Of a stretch of 64,000 bases of DNA, positions 48,372 to 56,359 are shown in pieces. Origin of the DNA: an uncultured Neomegalonema sp. GTDB lineage: Bacteria > Pseudomonadota > Alphaproteobacteria > Rhodobacterales > Rhodobacteraceae. The notes beneath the pieces are model-generated. The model did no database searches, was not told the DNA's origin, and worked only from the letters and a program-made list of their open reading frames with translations. The stretch is from NCBI GenBank assembly GCA_937922185.1, contig CAKZUT010000070.1, positions 2,856 through 66,855 of the forward strand, read 5' to 3'. Made by a program: the position numbers and the translations under genes. How positions within the stretch are numbered: position 1 is the stretch's first letter; every line of letters begins with the position of its first letter.

Positions 48372-51318
48372 AGAACCAGCCGGTGATGAGATCATGCATC
48401 GCCGATACCGTCAGCGCGCGCGGGTCCGTGCGCCCCAGCAACGCCGCCAGCCGGTCGATCCGCCCCAGTTCATCGGCGATTTCCACCACCACCGTCGCCC
48501 GTTGCGGATCAAGGGGGCGCTGCGCGTCACAGTGCAATTCACGCGGCCAGAGCGGTGTCTCGCGCGCGATGTCATGCAGCACGGCATGGACTGCTTTCGA
48601 TGATGCCGTCCGCAGGCAGGTCACGAGCGGTGCATGAAGATCGGGGTTCGCGCCCCGCATGACCGGCGCGAAGGCCGGGGCAATGCCCGACAGGTCCACC
48701 GTGCTTTTCGCGATGGCCTGCCCGGTGCGGCCTATGGCGCGATGCAGGTCGGCCAGCGATATCGCCTCCCCCCGCAGGCCCGCGATCCCGTCGAAGACCG
48801 CGCGCTCCGCCGATCCCTGCGCCGGGGTCGCCATGCCGTCCCGCCACCGATACGCCGCCGGGCGCAGCGCGGGGATCTGCCGCCCCGCGATGATATCCGA
48901 CCGTCGCAGGCGCAGGCGATCGACCGCATGATCGAAGGCATCGACCTGCATGTCGTATTCCTCGATGACCCGGCCCGACAGAAAGGCCCGCCAGTCATAG
49001 ACCCCGTTGATCTGCGCCAATGCTCCGGCCAGAGCCGCTGCCGCCGCTTCCCCCTCCACCGCCGCCTTCGACAGCACCAGTTCCCAGACGGGCGTATGGA
49101 ACAGCCCCCCCAGCATCGCGCGCCGGAACCGCTCCACGGCCAGCCCGGAGGGATCATCTCCGAGCAGGGCGAGATAGCGGTCGGCAAGCTGCACGACGCG
49201 GGGGAAATCGGCCCCGGCGAAGCGGGCGGCGATCATCCGCTCCATCCGGGCGATGGAATCCGGCACATCGCCGGTCATCGCCCTTCTGCGCCCGGTCATC
49301 CGCTCCGCATTCAGGATCGCCGCCTCGGCCCTTTCGCGCGCGGCGCCGGACAGTGCGGCCCGCTCCGCCGCGTCCATCGGCATATCCACTCTGGCCTTGA
49401 CCGGTGCCCGCCAGTCCACAGGCAGGATTTCGAGATCATCACCGAGTTCCTGCCGGATATCCTGCGCCGCTCCGTGTGACAGATCGGGAGGGGTCGCCCC
49501 GGTCCCCGCAAGGGCCTCGTAATAATACGCATGAGCCATGCGCGTGGCATCGGAAAGCGCCTGCCAGCGGCCCCGCGCCGCGTCATCCCCGTGCGGCCCT
49601 TCCCGGTACCACGCCGCCGCCGCCATGCATGTCGCGCGGGCGGGCGCGGCCATTTCCGGCACGATCAGCCGCCGCAGTTCCGGTCGGGGCCGCAGCGCGA
49701 AGCCGCCCTCATCGGGTGTCATCAGCCAGGTTTCGCGCGCCAGCGCATCGTACAGCGCCCCGGCCTCCGCCGGACCGATCTTCCGCCCCGGCCCCGCCGG
49801 TAGCGACCGGATCAGATCGGGGGTCAGGGTTCGCAGGATCACCGCGCCCTCAACCAGCGCCCGGATATCCGGCTCCCTGATCCGGCCCGGAATACACCGG
49901 TACAGCACCATCCGGGCGGTTTCGACCGTCGCGGCTTCCCCGGCCTCCAGATCCCGGATCAGCGGCTCCAGCGCCTCCGGGCGGCTATGGGCAAAGCGTA
50001 CCCCCATCAGCAGGGCCATCGGATGCCCGCACAGGGCCTTGGTCAGCCGCCGCCGCCTCGCCGTCCCGTTCAGGTGCCGTGCGCCGGTCAGGGTGGCCAG
50101 GCGCGCATCCTCATCGGCCAGCAGCGCCATGCCGTCCTGTTCGGCAAGGCCCGCCAGATGGACCCCCCGCTCCGTCGGCCCGAAGACCTGTTCCATCCCC
50201 GACGGCTGCGCTCCGCCCCCCGATACCACGCTCCGCAGGCCGGGCAGGCGCGCACGCAACATCGCTTCCAGCGCGAAGATCATGTCCACGGTGCCGCCCC
50301 CGCGCCGGTCCACCGCCTCGAAACTGTCGAACAACACGGCAATTGGCCGCGCCCGCAGCGGGGCGGCCCAGTCCTGCGACAGCGCATCGAGGGTCACGGT
50401 ATCGAGCCAGCCGATCTGGGACTCGAAACTGCGTTCCCGCGCCGCCACGCCCGACACGGGCAAGTCCCGGCGCAAGGCCCGCAACCCGTCATCCACGGCC
50501 TTGACCATGGCGGGATCATCCAGCTTGTGTTTGATCCCGGTCGCGCACTGGCGCAAAAATTCTCCCAGGATTTCGACCGGCTTGCCGGACATGAGCTGTC
50601 GCCGGTCGAAATCGATCACCACGGTCAGGGGCGAATCCGAGCGCGGCTGCCAGTAGCCGAACATCCGCGCCAGCAAGGCCGATTTCCCCGCTCCCGCGAT
50701 CCCGGAGAGACAGACGGGCCGCGCATCCCCGTCCTGTCCCCGCAGAAACCGCGAGAGACGGGCGCGTTCGGCGTCATAGCCCCGGTGCCGGTGCGGCAGG
50801 ACAAGGGTCAGGTCGCGGCGGCGCTGAAGTTCCTGAATCCGCCGTTTCGCCGCCGTTTCCAGCACATCGAGCGCCGCCCCGTCGAGCGGTGCGACATGGC
50901 GGGCGAACTGCGCCGCCTCCAGCATCGCGCCGACATCGCGCATCTCCGCCAGCAGGGCCGCGTCATCCTCGCCATGGCCCGATATATCCACGCGAACCGC
51001 TTCTTCCGACAACAGCCGCCGCAGGGCGATGCCGAACCTGTCTTCCGGCCACAGAGGCGGTGCCTGCGCCAGCAGCCGGTCGATACCTGCCCGACTGACC
51101 AGCGCCTGAAACTGCCGCACCCGCGCATCGGGGGTCAGCACCCAGCCATAGCCGGGCGTCCCTTCCTCCAGCACCTCCGCCACATGCCCGGACAGCTCGC
51201 GCCACAGCGCCTGCCGCTGCGCCGTATCCAGCCCCAGCGCATCGGCCATGGCGGCGGGGGTGAACGCCCCCGACACCGCGCCCAGTTCCAGCGCCGAGCG
51301 GCAGAGCGGCGAGGTCAT
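48334..51318 (-). CDS. large STAND-like P-loop NTPase (994 aa) with an N-terminal domain of about 170 aa and a helical C-terminal region of about 570 aa
   Basis: Walker A LSGIAGAGKSALLARM (50680-50703), preceded by an FLRG-type helix. Candidate Walker B IAVLFDSFE. A long Ala/Leu/Arg-rich helical C-terminus. No signal peptide or TM. ATGA start/stop overlap with the upstream gene at 51315-51318. Confidence 0.75.
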   Translation of the reverse strand: MTSPLCRSALELGAVSGAFTPAAMADALGLDTAQRQALWRELSGHVAEVLEEGTPGYGWVLTPDARVRQFQALVSRAGIDRLLAQAPPLWPEDRFGIALRRLLSEEAVRVDISGHGEDDAALLAEMRDVGAMLEAAQFARHVAPLDGAALDVLETAAKRRIQELQRRRDLTLVLPHRHRGYDAERARLSRFLRGQDGDARPVCLSGIAGAGKSALLARMFGYWQPRSDSPLTVVIDFDRRQLMSGKPVEILGEFLRQCATGIKHKLDDPAMVKAVDDGLRALRRDLPVSGVAARERSFESQIGWLDTVTLDALSQDWAAPLRARPIAVLFDSFEAVDRRGGGTVDMIFALEAMLRARLPGLRSVVSGGGAQPSGMEQVFGPTERGVHLAGLAEQDGMALLADEDARLATLTGARHLNGTARRRRLTKALCGHPMALLMGVRFAHSRPEALEPLIRDLEAGEAATVETARMVLYRCIPGRIREPDIRALVEGAVILRTLTPDLIRSLPAGPGRKIGPAEAGALYDALARETWLMTPDEGGFALRPRPELRRLIVPEMAAPARATCMAAAAWYREGPHGDDAARGRWQALSDATRMAHAYYYEALAGTGATPPDLSHGAAQDIRQELGDDLEILPVDWRAPVKARVDMPMDAAERAALSGAARERAEAAILNAERMTGRRRAMTGDVPDSIARMERMIAARFAGADFPRVVQLADRYLALLGDDPSGLAVERFRRAMLGGLFHTPVWELVLSKAAVEGEAAAAALAGALAQINGVYDWRAFLSGRVIEEYDMQVDAFDHAVDRLRLRRSDIIAGRQIPALRPAAYRWRDGMATPAQGSAERAVFDGIAGLRGEAISLADLHRAIGRTGQAIAKSTVDLSGIAPAFAPVMRGANPDLHAPLVTCLRTASSKAVHAVLHDIARETPLWPRELHCDAQRPLDPQRATVVVEIADELGRIDRLAALLGRTDPRALTVSAMHDLITGWFFTALPPEDAGKA

Positions 51319-53405
51319 GGCCCGTCCTCCGCCACCGCCCCGCCGAAATAGGCATCCGCCACCCCGCTCACATGGTCGGAAACGAACCGCGACAGGGTTT
51401 CCAGCGGCACATCATCCCCGGCATGGGAGGCGAGGATGCCGCCCAGAAACTGGAGGCTCTCGTCAGATAACGGTTTTTCGGTATTGCGCGCGCCCCGCTC
51501 CATCAGCCATTCCACGAACCGGCCCTTGAGGTCGGCGAAATCCTCGCCTCCGATCACCGAATGGATCACCGTTTCGGGGGGCAGGCCGCTGATCGACACC
51601 GCGCGGGGCAATCCGATCAGTACCACGCGGACATCGGGCATCTGCTGAATCTGATTATAGATCGTGGCGAGAAATTCCCGCCCCGAGGCGTTCGACAGGT
51701 CGCTGCGGTCGAGGTCATCCAGCACGATCCACACGATCTGATCGCTCAGGCGCTCACGGATTGCCTGCGCCACGGCCCCCACCAGTTGCCGCACATAGGC
51801 GGGGGTCGTTGTCTCCGGGGCTGCGGGCAGGGTCGGCACCAGATCCTCGGCGAAGCTGCCCAGCGTATTGGCCGCCATGCTGTAGGCATCCACTGCCATA
51901 TCGCTGGCGCGAAAGAGAATATGGTGATGCTCCGGCCCCCGGAACAGCGCGCGCAGGATATCGACCGAGAAGGACTTTCCCGGTCGCCGCAGCGCCGTGG
52001 CATCCGGGTCCACCTCGATCCGCATGATCTGTTTCTCGCCGTCGAACAGGGTTTTCAGATCATCGAGAAACCCCTTGCGCCCGAAGACCGGATGCCGCCC
52101 GTCAAGGCATCCCCGAAAGGGCCGCAGCACCCCGGCTTCCGCGATATCGGCCAGCTTTCCGGCCCTGTCGAGCTGTCGATGGATGGCGGTCAGGGTGATC
52201 GCGACATTGACCGCCTTGGTGCGCTCGCCGGGATTGGCGGGCGGGCGTTTCGCCTTCAGCCCCATGTAATGCAGGCCCGCCACCTCGCCCGTCTCGTCGA
52301 GCAGCAGCCCGCCGGAGGAGCCTTGCACGGTGCTGGCATCATGGAAAAAGCGATGCGGCCTGCGCGCGCCCGCCTGGAGCTGTTCGGTGCCGCGCGTCAG
52401 GGTCTGACCGTTTTCGGACGGATGATGCACGGCCCAGACGGCTCCGGGCAGCGCCCGCCTTTTCGGCAGGGTGTACCATCCCCGTTGCAGCCCCGGCACC
52501 CCGTCGAGCCGCAGGACCGCGAAATCGAGCCGGTCCGCCACCGAATCGAGCCAGTCCTTCCGCAGGTTGAAATCGTCCCACCAGTAATCCGCCGCGTCGG
52601 GGGGTTCGAGCGGCGCATCCTCGCCCCGCGCGATCAGCCAGTTCTCGCTCACATCGAAGACCGAACTGTCGGCATCCTCCAGCCCCGTCGTCTCCGAGAA
52701 ATCGAACTGTACCCACAGCCGCCCCTTGCGCGGGAGCGGATGGGGCACATGCGAGACGACATGCCAGTTGGTCAGCACCGTCCCCGGCCCGATCAGAAAT
52801 CCCGTGCCGCTGACCGGCTTACCGGCGTCGTCGATGGAGACGATCCGGCATAATCGCCGCCGCGCTTTCAGGATCGCGGGCAGTAAATGGCCGGGATCGG
52901 TCCAGACCTCGTTATCCGAGGTCAGAGCATGGCGCGAGGCCCGGTGCAGGATCGCACGCGGGACATCGACGGGCGCGTCGAGCGCGGCCCCCATGGCCCG
53001 CCCGATCCCGACCCGCGCCTCTTCCGCCGCCCCGGCATCGGCTCCCGTCACGAGGCCCGCCGCCAGCGCGGCACTGAAACAGGCGACGATCTCCAGCGGA
53101 TCACCCAGCGCCGCAAGCGCCAGCCGCATCGCCTCGCCGCTGTCACCGGGCCGGGGGGCGGGGTCGCATTCCGCGCAGGCATCGGCCCCCAGCACGACCG
53201 CATGGATGAAGTTCTCCGGCCCGCCTTCGGGTCGGCGCTCGGTCAGCCAGCTATCGTAGAACTGCCGGAACCGCGCGCGCGAGGGCGCGATCCCCCCTGT
53301 CGGGGCGCGCAGGCGATCATAGAGAGCGGCAACCTGCGTCAATCGTCCGCCCCTTCGTTCAGCAGCCCGGTACGGAAGGCCCCGTCGGCCTTCGCCGCCA
53401 CGCAT
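51315..53405 (-). CDS. chymotrypsin-fold serine protease domain fused to a C-terminal P-loop NTPase-like domain (696 aa)
   Basis: Protease triad candidates: GTGFLIGPGTVLTNWHVV (His 52761-52763), LDFAVLRL (Asp 52524-52526), GSSGGLLLD (Ser 52314-52316). This is followed by PVFGRKGFLDDLKTLF, an AxxxxGKS P-loop (ALRRPGKS, 51972-51995) and hhhhDD (VWIVLDDLD). The start is uncertain: ATG at 53405 (67-nt overlap with the upstream gene) or TTG at 53340-53342, which overlaps the upstream stop. Confidence 0.75.
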   Translation of the reverse strand: MRGGEGRRGLPYRAAERRGGRLTQVAALYDRLRAPTGGIAPSRARFRQFYDSWLTERRPEGGPENFIHAVVLGADACAECDPAPRPGDSGEAMRLALAALGDPLEIVACFSAALAAGLVTGADAGAAEEARVGIGRAMGAALDAPVDVPRAILHRASRHALTSDNEVWTDPGHLLPAILKARRRLCRIVSIDDAGKPVSGTGFLIGPGTVLTNWHVVSHVPHPLPRKGRLWVQFDFSETTGLEDADSSVFDVSENWLIARGEDAPLEPPDAADYWWDDFNLRKDWLDSVADRLDFAVLRLDGVPGLQRGWYTLPKRRALPGAVWAVHHPSENGQTLTRGTEQLQAGARRPHRFFHDASTVQGSSGGLLLDETGEVAGLHYMGLKAKRPPANPGERTKAVNVAITLTAIHRQLDRAGKLADIAEAGVLRPFRGCLDGRHPVFGRKGFLDDLKTLFDGEKQIMRIEVDPDATALRRPGKSFSVDILRALFRGPEHHHILFRASDMAVDAYSMAANTLGSFAEDLVPTLPAAPETTTPAYVRQLVGAVAQAIRERLSDQIVWIVLDDLDRSDLSNASGREFLATIYNQIQQMPDVRVVLIGLPRAVSISGLPPETVIHSVIGGEDFADLKGRFVEWLMERGARNTEKPLSDESLQFLGGILASHAGDDVPLETLSRFVSDHVSGVADAYFGGAVAEDGP

Positions 53406-56140
53406 TCGAGATCATGGGCGAAGTTCTGCGACAGGCTCTCGCCCCCGAAATGCAGCCCGCAGAATCGCGCCTTGCCATGCAGCGATACGATGGCCGACCC
53501 GGACGAGCCGCCCATGGTCGTGGCATCATGGCTGAAACTCCAGCCTGCCGGATCGCCCTCCAGCGTACCGGGGCGCTGCATCACGAAGCCGGGACTCATG
53601 TACTGCACCCCGTATTCGTCGCCGTAGAGTTCGCCGATCCGATCCCAGAAGGCGAGAAACTCCTCCGCGTCATCCTGTGCGTCGGGTCCGGCATTGCGGC
53701 CCGGCGGCTGCGCCGGATAGCCCATGACCAACAGCTTTTGCACATCCTCATCGGTGGTCGAGACCCGGCCCGTATCGATAGGTTCGGGCGGATCGTCGCC
53801 CTCCGCGTTCTGCCCGATTTCGAGGATCGCCATATCCAGCTTGCCCAGATGCACCGCGCGCCCGATGCGATGGCGCCCCGCCGTCGCGATGCCGGTGACG
53901 GGAAAGCGCATCGTGTCGTCGGTGCCGTCGGGATCGAAGACGACGGAGGCCGTGCGCCGCATCCTGAAGGCCTGTTCCCCCTCGGCGGCGGGCAGTCCCA
54001 CGGCAAAGGTATCGAGGACATGGCGGTTGGTCATCACCCGGTTCCTGCCGATCACGAAGCCGGTCCCCGCCTGCATCCGGCCCCGTCCGGCGACGTCGAT
54101 ATCAATGCGTCCCGTGCGTTGGGCCAGTGCCTGCCATTTCCGGCGGGTCGGCACCAGATCACCGCGCCAGTCGCCGATATCCTCGTCCAGCACCTCGCTG
54201 CCGTCCCGCCGGATGCGGATCGCCGGACGCCCGGTCAGGCGCACCAGCGCCTCCAGCACGGCCCGCGCCTCGGTCGCCGCGTTGCTGTCGGAATCGTCCG
54301 GCGTGTCGCCGCGTATAATGGCATCCATGACCGGCGCGATCCGCTCCAGCGCCTGCGTCTGGACCCCGGCATCGGTCAGACCCGGCGCGCGCGCCGCCCG
54401 GCGTTTCAGCGCGGCCTCGGCGGTGTCGATGATTGTCCGCGCCCCTTCCTGCCGCACCCGTGTCAGGGCCTGCGCCGCGCTCTCGACACCTGCGCTTTCG
54501 AGGCCCGATCCGATACTGACCGACAGGCGTTTCATCGCCGGGGCCAGCGCCATCGGCTCCGTTGCGCGTCCCACCACCAAGGGCGCGGCGGCCAGCATGA
54601 TCTCCGGGTCGGGCGCAGGTGCGATCAGGGCGGCCAGACCCGGCGAGGGCATGGCGGGCATGGCCGTCTCGATGACCCGCGCGCCCGGTTGTCGGCGCAT
54701 TTCCCGATCCGCCGCGATGAAACTCGCCTCCGCCTCATAGGGGCCGCCCGCCGGATCGGTGCCGAGGATCGCGCGGATCGGGTCATCGCCCGAGGCGGCG
54801 GGCGGGGCGGGAATATCTCGCAGCGGCAGGTCGAGCAGGGCCTCCGCATCCACGATTCCGGTGCCCGTCGCCTGCGAATCCCAGTCCGCCGGTGTCCGTG
54901 CCGTTGCGCGCAGGGCCGACCGGAACAGCGCCTGCACCGGCACGCGGCGCGACCGGGCCTCGGCCTCGACCGCCGCCGTCCCGAACCGTTCCAGCCACAG
55001 GGCCGCGACCCCCGCCGTGATCGCGGCGGCAAAGGATGTGCCCTGTCCCCGGTCATCGATCGTATCGGTTGACGGATCATCCCCCGTGCGCCGCGCCACA
55101 TGAACGTTCTCGCCCGGTGCCGAGACATCCACCGCCGCTCCCCGGCATGACCCGCGCCAGATTCGTCCGTCCGAATCCACCGCCGCCACGGCGATCACAT
55201 TCGCGTCCCAGGCCGGGTAGGTGACTATCCTGACGCAGTTCCCCGCCGCCGCGAGAACGATCATATCCGCCGCCACTGCCCGCGCGATGGCCCGTCGCAG
55301 GGCGCGTCCGGCAATTGGCCCGCCCAGAGACATGGTTACGATGCGGCATCCGTCATGGCGGGCATGATCGACCGCCCGCGCCACCGCCACGCCCGAACCG
55401 ATCACCACCGAGTTCACTGCCCGGATCGGCACCACGGTCGCGCCGGGGGCCGAGCCACAGAGCGTAGAGGTATTCCGGCTGGCAATCACCGAGGCCGTCG
55501 CGGTGCCATGTCCCGGCGAGCGCATGTCCGGGGATAGCGGGTCGGTCGGGTCGGCCTTTCCCGCCATGAAATCGAACCCCGCCGCGCGGTCGATTACCCC
55601 GTCGAGTTCGCGGTGATCGGCCACCCCGGTATCGGGATGCCCGATGCGGATTCCCGTGCCCGACACCCCGTGGGCCGCGCGCGCCCGGTCGGCGCGGATC
55701 AGCTTGATCGCCCAGTGCGGATCATCCCGTGAGGGGGCGTCCGACAGGCAGAACAGGCCCGCAATGGCCCCCACGCTCTCCGGCGCGCCCCGGATGCTGA
55801 CGGCATCGACATAGAGCGGGCCGGTCTCCGGCGTTACCGACACCAGACCGAGGGCCACGCGCAGGTCTTCGGCCTCATGGAACAGGTAATCCGGCGGCTG
55901 TTCTATGGGGACGCCTGCGAATAGCAGGATTGCCAGCACGGGGTCATCCCCGGAATAGGGCAGCAGGTCGAACCCGTCCGCGCCCAGCAACGCCGCGATC
56001 CGTTTCCGTTCGGCATCGAGATCGGGGGGCGTGGCATATTCGAGGGTGAAACCGAGCCGGTCATCGGGGTAGCCGAGGGTATCGCTGCGCCGCGAAACGC
56101 CCGCCGCCGCCTTGAATAAATCGAGCAAAACAACCCCCAT
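53339..56140 (-). CDS. dual serine protease: N-terminal domain of about 150 aa, subtilisin-type S8 peptidase, helical linker of about 240 aa, and a C-terminal chymotrypsin-fold protease
   Basis: S8 triad: IGHPDTGV (Asp 55631-55633), GHGTATAS (His 55508-55510), AAAGN oxyanion Asn, GTSFAAA (Ser 55034-55036). Second protease: GTGFVIGRNRVMTNRHVLD (His 54020-54022), LDMAILEI, GGSSGSAIV (Ser 53501-53503). No signal peptide recognised. Start is the ATG at 56140; the track uses a GTG at 56158. Confidence 0.8.
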   Translation of the reverse strand: MGVVLLDLFKAAAGVSRRSDTLGYPDDRLGFTLEYATPPDLDAERKRIAALLGADGFDLLPYSGDDPVLAILLFAGVPIEQPPDYLFHEAEDLRVALGLVSVTPETGPLYVDAVSIRGAPESVGAIAGLFCLSDAPSRDDPHWAIKLIRADRARAAHGVSGTGIRIGHPDTGVADHRELDGVIDRAAGFDFMAGKADPTDPLSPDMRSPGHGTATASVIASRNTSTLCGSAPGATVVPIRAVNSVVIGSGVAVARAVDHARHDGCRIVTMSLGGPIAGRALRRAIARAVAADMIVLAAAGNCVRIVTYPAWDANVIAVAAVDSDGRIWRGSCRGAAVDVSAPGENVHVARRTGDDPSTDTIDDRGQGTSFAAAITAGVAALWLERFGTAAVEAEARSRRVPVQALFRSALRATARTPADWDSQATGTGIVDAEALLDLPLRDIPAPPAASGDDPIRAILGTDPAGGPYEAEASFIAADREMRRQPGARVIETAMPAMPSPGLAALIAPAPDPEIMLAAAPLVVGRATEPMALAPAMKRLSVSIGSGLESAGVESAAQALTRVRQEGARTIIDTAEAALKRRAARAPGLTDAGVQTQALERIAPVMDAIIRGDTPDDSDSNAATEARAVLEALVRLTGRPAIRIRRDGSEVLDEDIGDWRGDLVPTRRKWQALAQRTGRIDIDVAGRGRMQAGTGFVIGRNRVMTNRHVLDTFAVGLPAAEGEQAFRMRRTASVVFDPDGTDDTMRFPVTGIATAGRHRIGRAVHLGKLDMAILEIGQNAEGDDPPEPIDTGRVSTTDEDVQKLLVMGYPAQPPGRNAGPDAQDDAEEFLAFWDRIGELYGDEYGVQYMSPGFVMQRPGTLEGDPAGWSFSHDATTMGGSSGSAIVSLHGKARFCGLHFGGESLSQNFAHDLECVAAKADGAFRTGLLNEGADD

Positions 56141-56359
56141 AATACCTGTTGATAACACAATTCAACCGGTTTACCGTACATGAGAATTACTGGGGCAACA
56201 ACAACCACATCTTGGAAAAAGCGGTATTTTGTTCATGACGAACAATCCGTTAGATGTCTTGTTCCGTATGCTCCGTATAAGTGGCTTTCGGATCGGATGA
56301 GGGGGCATTCCGACCTGAAATAGATGTATTCTTTATTGACCCGTTAAAGGAGTATACCC
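56141..56359. promoter_or_regulatory. AT-rich divergent intergenic region between the protease/NTPase operon and the tyrosinase operon
   Basis: It is visibly much more AT-rich than the flanking DNA (runs such as ATAATACCTGTTGATAACACAATTC and GTATTCTTTATTGACCC). AAAGGAG lies 7 nt before the tyrosinase ATG. Specific -35/-10 boxes were not assigned. Confidence 0.45.

Noticed and set aside
53414-55072. 552-aa plus-strand ORF, with similar long plus-strand ORFs at 49987-51351, 49538-50656 and 51561-52853, inside the protease/NTPase operon
   Set aside because: They are antisense to frames that carry complete protease triads and Walker motifs. Their composition is dominated by R, G, H, P and D. They are shadow ORFs.
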